DNA of 63,575 nt, counting the filler, from Atractiella rhizophila (lineage: Eukaryota), in NCBI GenBank assembly GCA_021432655.1. It is 5 parts of 4 records of this genome, joined end to end, with 100 filler letters (N's around TTAATTAATTAA, not from the genome) between each part and the next. Parts side by side here need not be neighbours in the genome. Positions count along the whole stretch, not along the records: positions 29,225 to 59,515 come from MU271208.1; positions 59,616 to 61,431 come from MU271227.1; 3 more parts are not named here. One strand, given 5' to 3'. This document shows, piece by piece, positions 49,265 through 61,531 of the stretch. Every line of letters starts with the position of its first letter. Positions within the stretch are counted from its first letter, which is position 1. The notes beneath the pieces were generated by a model that was given only the letters and a program-made list of their open reading frames with translations, had not been told where the DNA came from and did not search any database. The translations under genes were made by a program, and so were the position numbers.

Positions 49265-50749
49265 TCAGACAGATCGCCGAAAAACGGATGAACTCACCCT
49301 ACCAGTCACATCGGCGATCACACCTTCCACAGCCGAATCTTCACTAGCCCCATCCTCCGCGGCTCGATCGTCCTGCCTCCTTTTATACAATTCCATCTGC
49401 AACTCAGCGGCCTTCAGGGCGTCCGCCACCGCTTGCGCATTCAATTTGGCGGCAGCTAACATGGTTTGCGCGAAGTCCAGGCTGAATGCCTCAGAGTACA
49501 ATCGGGCGGCGCTCAGCAACGACTGCGAAGGAGAATCCTCGTCGACGTCCGAAATATTCTCGTAATTGCTTTCGATGAGAGCCGAAGGACGTTTTTTCCC
49601 GTCGCCGATACGTTTAGGATGGAATGAAGTCGACATTACGACCAACATTGAGAGTTCCCGCAAATAACCCAATGGCAAAACCTCACACCTTTTTCGCAAA
49701 CTATGACAACGCGAACAGACCCGTCCGAACGCGGTTGCGACATACCCAGCAGAGAAGTCGCACACCTGCGAGTCGTTGTCACCCTTGGCTTTCTTTTTCG
49801 CCGCTTTGACAGGCGCCGCTCGAACCTTTCCAGTACAATTGCTACAGCGCTGTGTCCCGATGCTTGCTAACGTGGGAAGAATGCGCGCATTCGCCCGAGG
49901 AGTCGTGATAACCAATTCGAGATCCAGCTCACCCAGATTGATGTTCGCCGCAGCGTGGGAATAAGCCTCACGAGTACCCGGCCAGAAGTACCGGTATTTC
50001 GCCGCATCCAATTCCTTGTCGCCGATTCGAACTTTCCCGTCGCGCACTACGAATTCGGCGACCGGCGCACCGGCGAACGGATTTCGATCCCCCAACGCTG
50101 CAGGCAAAACGAAAGTAGTTGCAGTAACCAGGTGGTCGGACAAGGTCCTCACGACCCCGACCTCGGATCCCTTCGTCGCCGAAATCGACTTTTGAGCGCG
50201 CAAATTTTCCTCCGCCGCTCGACGTTTAATTTCAAGCGCCGCCCGTTTTCGCTCCTCTCCTTCCTTAGCCAAGCGTTTTTTCGTGTCAGACAGGAAAAGA
50301 TCTCGTTCTTTCCTTCGCAAAACAGGGTCGCCGTTCGCCGACTCGGAGGGCTGATACCCGAGTTTCACCGCTTCCTCCTCGATGAGCGCCGCTTGTTCGG
50401 CCCAAAGACGAAGTTCATCACGCAATACCTGCAGACTTTCCACAGGCATCCGCAGAGGAAATGACAGAACCCGCTCATCACCGAAACCTTTAACGGCCTC
50501 GTAAGCCATTCGCACCTTCCCATCGCCGACGAGTTACCACACAATATACGAGACAAGAAAACTCACCTCTGCTTGCACCTCATCACAAAATTTGACATAC
50601 AGAGGGTAGCACCTTTTCCCCCACTCCAGCACATCGGCGAATCGCCCGAAGTTCACCTCCTTCGCCTTCTCCACGTCCCAGTAAATGGTACTCTCTTTCC
50701 TGTCCTTGTTCGCCAGAACGAAGTCGAAGAGTTGCGCATCGGTCGACAT
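49265..50749 (-). CDS. Antisense accessory gene inside the Gypsy, 2 exons, about 477 aa, Zn2Cys6-like cluster and coiled coils
   Basis: Exon 1 50749-50567 (61 codons), phase-0 intron 50566-50516 (GTGAGT...GTAAC...AAG), exon 2 50515-49265; C-x2-C-x24-C-x14-C-x2-C-x6-C. Confidence 0.85.
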
Positions 50750-50873
50750 TTTTGCAAGAATGGAAGCAGGGTGATGGTGGTAGAACTGGAAAAATTTTTC
50801 GCCCAAGCTAGCCGCAAACCTTAACTTTAAAATTCCGTGACTCACGTACACGAGTCAGTAATTTGGGGGGTGT

Positions 50874-51314
50874 TGTCAGGCTTGCCCCTACGCATTACCG
50901 AAATGCACCTTCTGGAGTCACGTGACCTACTTTACCATGCATAGGATCACGCACCTGCCCATCGCCGCTTTGCTCACGTTCACGCCGATCGCCGCTTTCC
51001 CCTGTCTCACACGAATCGCCGCTCAGCAAACCTTAAACATTTCGCCGGTCTGTATCATCTCCATTATTACCTTTATTGTCCTTTCTCACTTGTACTGCTT
51101 AGTATGTCTTATTTCCGAGTATTCCCTTTATTGCTTTCCTGATCCAACTATCTTACATGTTTCAAGAAACGTATGTTACAGTTTATGGCAGTGCCCTTAC
51201 ATATATATATATACATCGAGATGTAGTGGTGGTGACCTCAGAGTATTCTCTTAGGTTTACCTCCACTACAGACGCATCGCCTATCGGCGACCGCACATAG
51301 TGTCAGCCCTAACA
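50874..51314 (+). repeat. 3' LTR
   Basis: Identical by eye to the 5' LTR; preceded by GGGGGGTGT. Confidence 0.98.
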
Positions 51315-52241
51315 CACATCGAGGCTAGAAGCGCTTCGTGGGGAGGTAACTGTGCCCCAATATTAATACCTCTGGAGCCTTTAATGAAGGAGGAAAGGGA
51401 CATACCAATAAGTCCCAGCTCAGCACAATCAGACGGTGCGAGCTGAAGAGACTGTCAATATTAGAAGCATCAGAAGCATTTCAAGAAATACACCTTTCCA
51501 ATAATTCCCTCTCCCCCACCCTGAACCCAGCCCTCCGTTACCCCTTTCAACAGCTTATGCAGCTTCCTTGTAAGCACGAGGTAACACCCTCTTCCTGCCT
51601 CTCTTTCCAATACCATGCCGCTCCCTATCACAGTGAAAAGCTCTCTGAGGTGTGAAACAGACGCGATTCGTTCCCATGCACATAAGGACTTTGTTGCTTC
51701 CTCCGGGTCCAGCTTGTGGCCGAATCCTGTCTCTAAATCGTCGGCCGCATCTTCTCCAACTTGTTCACGTTTTGCTGCAAGCTTCCATACTGACAGTTCC
51801 TCTCGTAACACTGAGATGAAGTGACTAATAGTTCTGACCTTGTGAATCGTTCCATCGGTCTTCTGAGGGAGGTTAATCGAGACTTCTTTTGGGTGATGCT
51901 GTTTCAGAAGGATCGAGCTTGAGAGTTGCTGCCACAGTCTCTTGAAGAGTGGTTCTTCACCCAATTCAAGTTGACGAGTGATTTCATCTGTACAAATCAT
52001 CAGCTTTATTGAACAGTTAGAAACTTGCACATACCAAAACCCACCGAAACCTGTTCTTCAGACAATTCGAGGATTACTCCTGACGACATCACATCCATCT
52101 ACTGTGCATGAAACTTCAGTACTGCTGCTTCATGTGGGCTAATAAACAAGCGTCACACCTAGTTGAGAGACTTCCAACACATCGCCTTCTTTATGCAGTG
52201 GAGGGATTAGCTGCGTAGTGGCTCTGATGGTAGGTGAAGGC

Positions 52242-55200
52242 ATGGATGCCGAGCTTGACCTTCTGCGTTTTGAGGTAGGTGTTGGCTGCTCAAAAACCTT
52301 AGAATCGTAATATAAATGATAGGAGAGGACAGAAACTAACAACTATGGCCCGCTGTGCCGACATCCCCATCTAGAGATACCCATTCCACATACACAACCG
52401 GAGGACGAAAACATCGATGAGGAGAATGATGTAGAACCGGACGAGGCAGTTGGTCTGCATGGAGAAGAGCTGAGGGAGAGAGAGTTGGAGTTTGCCATAG
52501 AAGCGGAGGTGGAGTTGGATGCCATAGAAGCAAGTGAAGAATCGGAATTTGGAAACGGAAGGAAGCTTGAGGGAGTGAACCTGCTACAGGAGAGTGAACG
52601 GTAAGTAAAGTTTTGTTTTAGCGGTAAAACTAACAACAACTTGCAGAATGGATAGAACTGCATCAGGATTGCTGGAGATCCAAGCATCCGATGTCATTCA
52701 TGTCCTCAAAGTTGACCACAACCCCGGACCACGCCCTCAGTATATCCCTGATCCTCCATCTCCTCTCTCATGCGAAGATGAATGGACATTACGACATCTA
52801 CGAGCGTGGTTAGGGACTGTCGGAGCAAAGCAGAAAGCATACGAAGACCATGCAGCTAATCTTCGAGCATGTGGAAAGGAGGTTGGATCCCTTCACCGTG
52901 CAAGAAAGCTATTGTGCCGGCTGTCACGATTGAGCCCACAGTGGTTTGACCAGTGCGTTGATACGTGTATGGCCTTTACAGGGGAGTACGCGGATCCATC
53001 TTTCGATCACTGCATCGTCTGCTTTCAACCTCGGTTCACAAGTGGAAAGGAGCGCCGGACTGGTTCGCGGATTCCTGGTTTGCGGGTTCCTAGACGGCGT
53101 TTTGCATATCTTAGCTTCTTGCCTCGGATACGAGCACTCTTTGAAAATGAAGAGACGGCACGTACCATAGGAGACTTTGGGAAGATGTTGAAAGAGAGTG
53201 TTGAGGTTGTGGACAAGGCGCAAAAGCAGTATAGAGACTGGTACGATGGAGAGTGCCTTCACAACCTTCATAAATCGAACCTGAAAGTCCTCGACGATCC
53301 ACGCGAAACCGGCTTTTACGCCTCGAGCGATGGCGCGTCTCTCCAACTTCGCAAAGCGGAAAGCAATGCATGGGTCTTCGTCCTCACCGCTTCTTGCTAC
53401 CCTGCCAAGACCCGGTATCGAAAGGAGCACTTATTCCTCCTCTGCATTATTCCCGGCCCTCATAACCCCAAAAGAATTGCCACTTTTTTCCACCAGTTCT
53501 TCCACGAGATCACTGTTGCCTCGCTGGGCCACTGGCTGTTCGACCGAGCAAAGGAGGAGTGGTTGTTATGGAAGGCATGGCTATTGGGGAAGCTGGGAGA
53601 TCTTCATGGATCGACATACTTCAGTGGTGGCACAGGTCATATAGGAGCATGCGGATGCCGTTTCTGTAAACTTCAAGGTCAGCTACGAGCAAAAGGAATA
53701 GTACCACATTTTTTTCCTTGGAAGACGGTCCCTTGGGTTGATGACAAGGGCAACTGGTATCTTCCAGTCAACAACAAGCGACCGAAACAGTACGACCCCT
53801 ACGATGAAGATCTTCTTCGAACACCAGAGGATTACTACTGGGCTCTCAGGCAGCTCAACGAAGCGGGTTCAGAGGCCGCAAGAAAGCAGGTTTACAAGGA
53901 CACAGGAATCAAACGGCCCTCTGACTGCTCTATCCTTCCTACATTCATCGACATCTCCACTTTCCATCCTCTCGACATCTCTCATCTCACGCTTGCAGAC
54001 CTCGTAGCTCTCGTTTTCAAGATTTGGATTGGGAGCATGCCGGCCAAAGATCCGGATTGTGAGCCGCTACTCCTTACGCAGGACCAGCAGATCATGATAG
54101 GAGAGATGGTTCAAAACGCTGGTTCTGACCTCCCCGTTCTCTTGTCGGCGACTGCTCCACGGAATATCCATGAATACAAGAACACGCATTACAAAATGAA
54201 CGAGTGGTGGGCATGGGTCGACTGGTACTCCCTCCCCATCCTTATTCATCTTGGAGTGAACAAAGAAGTCCTCAACAATTGGGACACCTTCATTCAAGGC
54301 TTCCGGTTGGCTTGGCAGCACGAATGTTCTGAGGCAGAGGTCAAAGCCATGCAACTTTACTTCAACGAATGGGCTATCGGTTTCGAGCGCCTGTACGTCC
54401 GAGACGTTGCTGAAAATATTGATCGCACAACTATGAACTTTCACTCTGTCGCCCATCTCCCCCTTAATACGCGCAACCATGGCCCCTCGATTCTCATCTC
54501 CCAACTTCCTTGTGAGCGCATTATTGGTCAGAGCAAGGAATCTATTACTCAGAAGGCGAAGTATTTCGAGAACATGATGCAGAACATGATCCACAGGGAG
54601 CAACTCAACATTGTCGACATTCTCTACCCTTCCAATGAGTATAACTTTGGCTTCACCTCTTCAAAGACTCAGCGGGAACGTAATGCGAAGTTTGGTCTCT
54701 CTTTGGTAGGACCAAAGTGGTCCTCTTTCCCCTACACCAGAGTTCAAGGAGAAGAGAAGGAGGATTGGGTTAAGGAACTCATCACCCTCAAGGACTACTG
54801 TACGACCTGCGGCCTTGAAATTCCCAACGATGATGCAGAATTTGAAGAGATGGCTGCTGCGTGGACTCGGTGGGGAAAGGCTACATTGGAGAATGGTGAT
54901 CTCATCTGCTCAAGACGTCAGGAGAGAGGAAATGTAAAAGTTACTCGGTCGCACAGGCGCATGCAGGCATGTGGTTGGATTCAGAAAAGAGAACAATCTA
55001 ATGAGAGCTTTGCAGGCATTCTCGACGGATGGTCAACCTATTTTCTGCGAAGTCCACTGCTTCCTTCAGGTACCTCTACAACCGCAGTCCAAATGGAGTG
55101 TCAAACGAAGTGTTGCGGTTGTTCAGTACTATGATGAAGTCAAGACCCCATACCGGAGTGTGATCCAGACTCGATTCAACGGTGCATGGGGAATCGTTCC

Positions 55201-55390
55201 CTTGACATGCATTCAGAACATCATTGGCATCTTCAATATCGACCACGACACATACATCCTGCATCGACACTGTACCAACATTAATCTAACAATGCAGCCG
55301 CCATTGGACGTTGACATTCATCAGGATGTAGGAGAAGAAGACGAGACGGCAGAACCTGAGCAGGAAGATTCAGATGAAGAAGTCGAGTAA
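52242..55390 (+). CDS. CACTA/En-Spm-type (tnp2 family) DDE transposase, about 4 exons, apparently intact
   Basis: DQCVDTCMAFTG..CIVCFQPRF, YRDWYDG, SSDGA, LLCIIPGP, GDLHG..GHIGACGCRFC, LDISH, PCERIIG; introns about 52275-52322, 52601-52647 and 54967-55015. Terminal inverted repeats not found. Confidence 0.9.
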
Positions 55391-55580
55391 GAATTGTATA
55401 ATAGCAGGAAGCGGGTGAAGAGAATGTTAGAGCGCTGCTTTGGTAACAATCCCTGCCGCATTCGCTAGTCGCAGACCTTGCTCCATCAAGCCACCTGCAA
55501 CTGGCTGAAGGTGTTCAAATGATCAATGCACCCGACTTGCATTTCATTCCGATGTACTGTAAGAAAGTTTGTCTCTGTTG

Positions 55581-56742
55581 CAAGGGTTATAGGACGCGTG
55601 CGGAAACGCACAGGTGGGGTGTCCATGCATGGTTTTCATACCACAGAGAAGCATAAATAGGAGATGTCAAAGATGGAGCTTGGAGAACACACCGTATATT
55701 GCTAAATACAGAGCGAGCCTTTGCATCTACCGTCTTCATATCTAACTGGACTAGCCTAACTATCGTCCATCTTGCAACTATTTTGGCTGGATTGGGTTGC
55801 AACTTGTTTCGTTCTGTTGTTTCGGTGTATGATATTTCCGTAGTTTTGTTTGTTCCTATTTGTCCACAGCTATTCAATTTTTCAACTCATCGTGATCAAT
55901 TCCATTTCATTTCACGGATGTTCCGCACATTTTCTCTCTCCACACCATCCCGGCACCACGCAAACACCAGCCCCTAAGCCCACCGTATTCTAACACCACG
56001 ACCACCAGCGAAACACTATTCCGGACCATCGGTTTTTTCCAGGGCCTCAATCTATATATAGCATTTTATTAGGGTATATACATACAATCTTGAAAATTCA
56101 AAACTTCTCTATATACTATGTTTTTGGTCCTCTTATTCTCCATCCCTCCAACTAGTGTAAATAACCTCATATTTGAAATTCTTGAAGTCCTGTGTAAAGT
56201 TGCCCATGTGCAAAACCTGGGGTATCCAGGTACAATCGAACAGTCTCCACTGATTGGCCTTGTGACTTGTTGATGGCGAGACAGAAAGCCAACTTCACTG
56301 GGAATTGAAACTGCCATAAGGTAAAGGGGAATGAATTGAACACCTTTGTCATGGTTCGAGCCCCTGATATACCTTAAGTACAGACCAAGATATGTGTAAA
56401 CACCCATCATTAGCTCTTTTAGTTCAGTTGGTTAGTTGTTGGTCCATAGCCATCCTGACAACCTTGCTATACAATGTGATGCATAGGATGAGAATTGAGG
56501 TCCTGTGAATGTGCCTGTAATGGTGATAGCCTTGATGACACACTAGAGCAGCTATCTAATGATCAACCATGTACCATTATGGAGCCCAGTCAAAGGACTT
56601 TTGCAATAGGATGGTAGGGAATGCAACTTTGAGATAAAGCTGATGGAGACGGAGACTGATCGTATTGGGAGTATTAAGGTATTCAACTGTGAAGCTTCGT
56701 TGAATATTCTTCCTTTCGTACAACAATTGGACAGCACAAAGA
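55581..56742 (-). mobile_element. Helitron remnant: decayed PIF1-type helicase C-terminus and possible 3' hairpin
   Basis: FTVEYLN..HQLYLKV, GLHNGTWLII, QFPVKLAFCLAINKSQGQS..FAHGQLY, TKNIVYREVL; GTGCG-TTTC-CGCAC hairpin (55598-55611) then CTTG instead of CTAG. Confidence 0.82.
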
Positions 56743-57100
56743 TGTCAGGCTTTGTGAATCCACACCCAGTTGCCTGTTCGCCTATTTGCACTCTCATCAC
56801 TGCTCTGTATCTCCTGTCACCCATTTGTATTCTGTGCAAGTTGGCGCCTCTTTACACTTCTATCGCAACTATGCTTTTCCTTTTTGGTTCTCTTACATGT
56901 TTCATATACTCTCCTCTACACTTTGTAGCAGTGTGATTCCGCTTGGATATAGATCGGAGATAAGTGGAGGTGACCTTAGAGTGTTCTCTTAGGTTTATCT
57001 CCACTACAGGTTAGTCTTCTCATGTCATATCATGCACTTAGGTTTATCTCCACTACAGACGCATCACCCATTGGTGAGTGTATATAATGTCAGCCCTAAC
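56743..57100 (+). mobile_element. Decayed Gypsy LTR, intron-containing variant
   Basis: TGTCAGGC...TGTCAGCCCTAAC; hairpin and 22-bp direct repeat as in 16126-16670. Confidence 0.9.
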
Positions 57101-57124
57101 TCAGTGCACTATCAAACCAGCTTT

Positions 57125-57765
57125 CTTAGGTTCATTCTATATACAAGTGGAATAATACTGCCTCTAAGTGTAGAAAGTAGTATAGTCAATAAGAGGAGAG
57201 AAAATACAAATTCACCAAGCGGCGACACGAGGCATAGAGTGGCGATGGGAGTGCAAACGGGCGCTGGCTCACACAGAATGTAAATGGATGACAGGAAACA
57301 CAGGCAGCAATGAGAAATGCAAGTAGGCGAATGGGTGACAGGAGACACAGAGTGGCAATGCGAGTGCAAATGGGCGAATGGATGCTGATATGCGCAGAAC
57401 ACAAATGGGTGATGTGAGACACAATCCGGCAAATGGGAGCTGATTTGCACAGGACGCAAACCTGACACGATGCTTTCCTTGTGAACATAACTGTGCTCAC
57501 AGTTGCACTAATGGTGATATGATCTGTGTTGAAGAAACACTCAAAGAGTAGCACAACATCGGAATTGTTACAAGTCGCCAGTTTGTGATCCATTTTCGAA
57601 CTGAGCACACACGAGTTTGTGGAATTTTCTTCGGGATGGTGTAAAAGTGAAGTTGAAAGGTGCAAGTTCAGTAATCCAATTTGCTTGTCTCCAATGCAAC
57701 TTTTGGCCATCCTGAAATACTCAATGTTTTTGTACTCTGTCAAGATCAAAAAGGGCTCATCAGTC
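57125..57765 (-). mobile_element. Inverted truncated Gypsy LTR (to 57467) plus decayed pol RNase H fragment (57468-57765)
   Basis: Reverse complement begins TGTCAGGTTTGCG at 57467; TDEPFLILTEYKNIEYFRM..DHKLATCNNSDVVLL aligns to about 46350-46640. Confidence 0.88.
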
Positions 57766-58006
57766 CTCTCCTCTGAAGGAGGAATCTCCCTTCTTTCAGT
57801 CCCTCCTCTTTTTGTTGTTAAGTGTGTGGGGTTTATCCTCTTTGTGCTTTCATGAAGGCCACTATTCCTCATTCCTCCTCCCTTGTAGTTTCTTTTAACC
57901 TTCTGTGCCTTTCACTAAAGTATTCATGCAAGTATTTCTTACCCTAAAGATACCCTACTTTGCCCCGTAACTGATTATCGACTTGACATAGCAATGACCT
58001 GTTAGT

Positions 58007-59515
58007 ATGGACTCCTTAGAATTGCAATCGTCGGAATCGGTTTGCTTCGTCGACAGTTTTCGTTTACAGGCGTTCATCACGCCGCTTCCGCCACCAGAGC
58101 GACCGGAGGATGCGAATGCTCAATCTTACGTATGGCATGAAGATGCTTTGAGTCATTGTTCTCACAATGGCACAATATTTCCTTACCTTCACGGCTGGCC
58201 AGAGCGTGAAACGGACAAGGGTCTCGAGGTTACGTATCATGACCACTTCGTAAAAGATCTGGAACTCCTTCCTCGCAACGTCAAAGCAGCGTTCTGGCCT
58301 GACGTGATTGTCTGGAATACAGTGGATCGGTAGGTGTCTTCCTATGCAGGAATTCCACTGACTGGAGCCGATAGACTTGAACGTACAACTCGATTCGTAG
58401 AAGACCTGAGAGTGTTCCTTCGCTACATGTACCCTGCAAGAGCACCCGGTCCTCCGACCGTTCAGATAGACAAAGGTCGGCCCGCATTCATTAGGTCGCA
58501 TATAACTGAGGTTCATCGTAGCGGAATCAGTGGATATCGTACGCCTCAAGTGTCAAGATGATGTTCTACTCACATTCATCTTGCTGGTAAGTCTATTCAT
58601 CAACTGCTTGCGAGTGTAATCCTCAGTCATACCGCAGCCAGCTAATTCCTTGGTCCCTGAGGACTGGGAGATCGACACGCTCAATGAATCTGACAAGATT
58701 GCACAGAAATATGTGTCATTTCTGAAAACGTTGGGCAACAACTCGAAAGGGAAACACTATGCGGCTTTCATGGATGTCAAATCGTCGGTGGTCTTCCGGG
58801 GATATTACGACTTTGTTTGTGCTTTTGAGTCTCACCCATATTTCCAAGTTTTCGCTCTCATGAGCGAAATGTTCTCCGCCAAATGGGACTGTTCGAAGTA
58901 CTCTAACCAAACAGGGCCTACCTGCTTCCCTCGAACCCTTGTCTCCGGTTGTGCGAGAGATCCTGTGACGAATGCACACATAGACCTGTCCCGCGTGCTC
59001 GCATCTTCAGAACACGACCTCTATGAAGCTCAGACAGGAGACCGGTATTTCCAACACTGCTTTATCGACTGGCATCATAGACGAATGAAGGATGGAGAAC
59101 GATGGCTAGATAGTTTGACTTTCCCTGATACAGATATCGCCATCGCGTCAGTGCTATCTACTACGGCCAACCCTGTCGTCTTCCTTCCGTTAGTTCTAAC
59201 GGTAGATGATCCAACGCTGCTCTGGTTCCAAAACATCTTATTTCATGCCACCAGCTCCGTCCGCCCTACATCTCCTTCCTTCTCAGCCCTCAACGTCGGG
59301 GATCGAATCAAGCTTATCCGCTCAATCCGTTCAGGCCCTCAGCTACATGGTCAGACTTTCCTTGTGGGTGTTGAAGGAGAAGATTCTCCCTTTGTGCTCA
59401 AGATTTATGACGAGCGCTTATTTCCTTATCCGAAATGGGACATGGATCGTGAAGGTGTCAATCGAATTCGGCGTTGGCCCGACGCTGAAGCTTCGATGAG
59501 AAAGGAAGAGAATGC
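58007..59515 (+). CDS. Close paralogue of the 37014 kinase, truncated by contig end
   Basis: Collinear, same introns; the ~125 bp upstream is also duplicated. Confidence 0.88.
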
Positions 59516-59615
59516 NNNNNNNNNNNNNNNNNNNNNNNNNNNNNNNNNNNNNNNNNNNNTTAATTAATTAANNNNNNNNNNNNNNNNNNNNNNNNNNNNN
59601 NNNNNNNNNNNNNNN
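59516..59615. other. Artificial contig linker
   Basis: Same 100-bp linker. Confidence 0.99.
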
Positions 59616-60030
59616 CAGAGGAAAGAAAAGGAAAAGACTCTTTATGAGCGTTGTGGTTTCTCAAGCGAGGGTGGTGAGGGAGACAGCTATTGAATGATGC
59701 CGTCTCGATGTATCGTGTATGGTTATAAGTTGTTTGGTTACAGTCATCTCAATGTTGATAGCTTTTTCCTATGGAGGTGACCTCAGGGAACTTCCAGTAA
59801 ATAAAGTGCGAATCTTGGGCAATGGTTGCCTGCTCCCTTGCTCCGCTATTACGTCCTATCGACGTGCGATTGGATCAAGATCAGAGCAAAGCATGTCCTC
59901 CAACCTCAAGTATTCAAGCTATTCAAAGGCTCCACTCAGTAACGTCATGCCAGGCGCGATACCGATGATGATGCTACATTCTTTTGATTTCTTTTTCCAG
60001 CAAAAACGTCTAAAAGGCCGTAGGGAACGC

Positions 60031-60942
60031 TCAATTGATTTTTGCCTGTTCTCATACGCAACAGCGATTACAGTTCAGCTAATAACGGAAGATAATGAAC
60101 GCACGTTGGAGAAGTCCAGCTGAGGATTAGCCTCTTGGAATTTCTTGAGCATGTCAAGCTTCTTCTGCTCATCAGATGTCGGTTTCCCCATTTGCTACAA
60201 ACAACAAATTCAGATGACGGTTTATCGAAATAAAGTGGAGCCTGCCTTTTGCGCATTATCGTACTGCGTTTGCCAAAGATAATCCACATCAGCGATATGA
60301 ATCTAAAGAAAGTGCAAACGAACCATCATCTTCTCCACCATCCCTCTCGTCTCACCATCGAGATCTCCGAGCTTCGAATTCTCGGGCACAATCTTTGTCG
60401 TGTCACTAGAAAGTCATCCTGGCTCAGCTACAGTAGTCACATGGACGTAGCAGGAAAGGGCACATTTTAGGATCGTGCGTCAAGACGTGAGGCCACCAAG
60501 TTTGTTTTTTCACCTTCTCAAGGGTGATGACGACCAATTTCTCGTCCTCTTCATACATCCATTAGTCGCCTCACCGCATTTGTAGCTGAAGAAGGGCCGT
60601 ACCGATATGCCAAGTGCTATCATCCAGTTTCACATCCGCATACAATTCTCCACCCATCACCTGTTCCTGTCCCTTCAACCCAACGCTCAGCTTCTTCTTC
60701 CCGATCGTCACCGCCAACATCTTCGACCTAGTCCCAGGAGGCACCGGTACAGAAACGTTGACATCGTCTAAGGTTTGTGTCCAGCGGTATGGAAGAGCTA
60801 AACCCAACAAAGGAGACTCGTCAATAGAAACCTGAAGTAATCAAGATGGATACGAACCTGCTTGTTCAGCGGCCTCTTTCTCTCGCGCTGCTTTCTCAGT
60901 TGCTGTCTCAGGGACTGGACCTTCACTTCCACTGTCCGACAT
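60031..60942 (-). CDS. nudC: Nuclear movement protein NudC (CS domain), multi-exon
   Basis: [80 protein letters not shown]. Confidence 0.95.
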
Positions 60943-61431
60943 TTGGTTTAGATGATAGTGGGTGGTTGTTACTCTCAATATTGACGATCCCGAGTGATCA
61001 GGTTCTGCACTGGGTTTTACCGTGTCTTAGGGGATCAGCCTGAGATGATCAACACTAATGCATTGATGAGGGGAGGCTTGGGAAGCTTGAGATTTTACAA
61101 TGAAGACTGCACAAAAGTTTTGGTATGAAGCAACTCTTCTGGATGGCGGTCACATGACTATGTGAGTCGCCTGAATTGTGACAATGCAATTTGCTGCCTT
61201 CCGCTACTTATAGGTTCTTGCGCTAGGCTGAGATTATGTGTAGTGTCTATAACTCCATTACTCCAATGCAAATCTACGCAGGAACGAAACAGAATAATAG
61301 ACAATTACTTTTGGGGCTAGTAAAAAATCGATCAGGATCCAGAGGCACAGGACGTCTCGTTCACGAAGAAGAAGGGAACGATGCGTAAGGAAGGTCAGTG
61401 GTCGGACTGCATGTCGTTAACAGTCAAAGGT

Positions 61432-61531
61432 NNNNNNNNNNNNNNNNNNNNNNNNNNNNNNNNNNNNNNNNNNNNTTAATTAATTAANNNNNNNNNNNNN
61501 NNNNNNNNNNNNNNNNNNNNNNNNNNNNNNN
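61432..61531. other. Artificial contig linker
   Basis: Same 100-bp linker. Confidence 0.99.

Larger units (their letters stand above)
42636..51314 (+). mobile_element. Full-length Ty3/Gypsy chromovirus-type LTR retrotransposon, 8679 bp
   Basis: Two 441-bp TG...CA LTRs, CACAT target-site duplication (42631-42635, 51315-51319), gag, PR-RT-RH-INT-chromodomain, G tract before the 3' LTR. Confidence 0.99.
41994..52098 (-). pseudogene. SAP-domain protein gene split by the Gypsy insertion (exons in 51315-52098 and 41994-42635)
   Basis: Removing the element and one CACAT restores VTSPRSASSLDV-LLMAAAATAV in frame; last splice gives KTTIPLLKQALL-SFGLDAKGTKDVLVERVL, a SAP motif. Confidence 0.78.

Noticed and set aside
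49265..50749. env gene
   Set aside because: Antisense orientation, no signal peptide or transmembrane segment.
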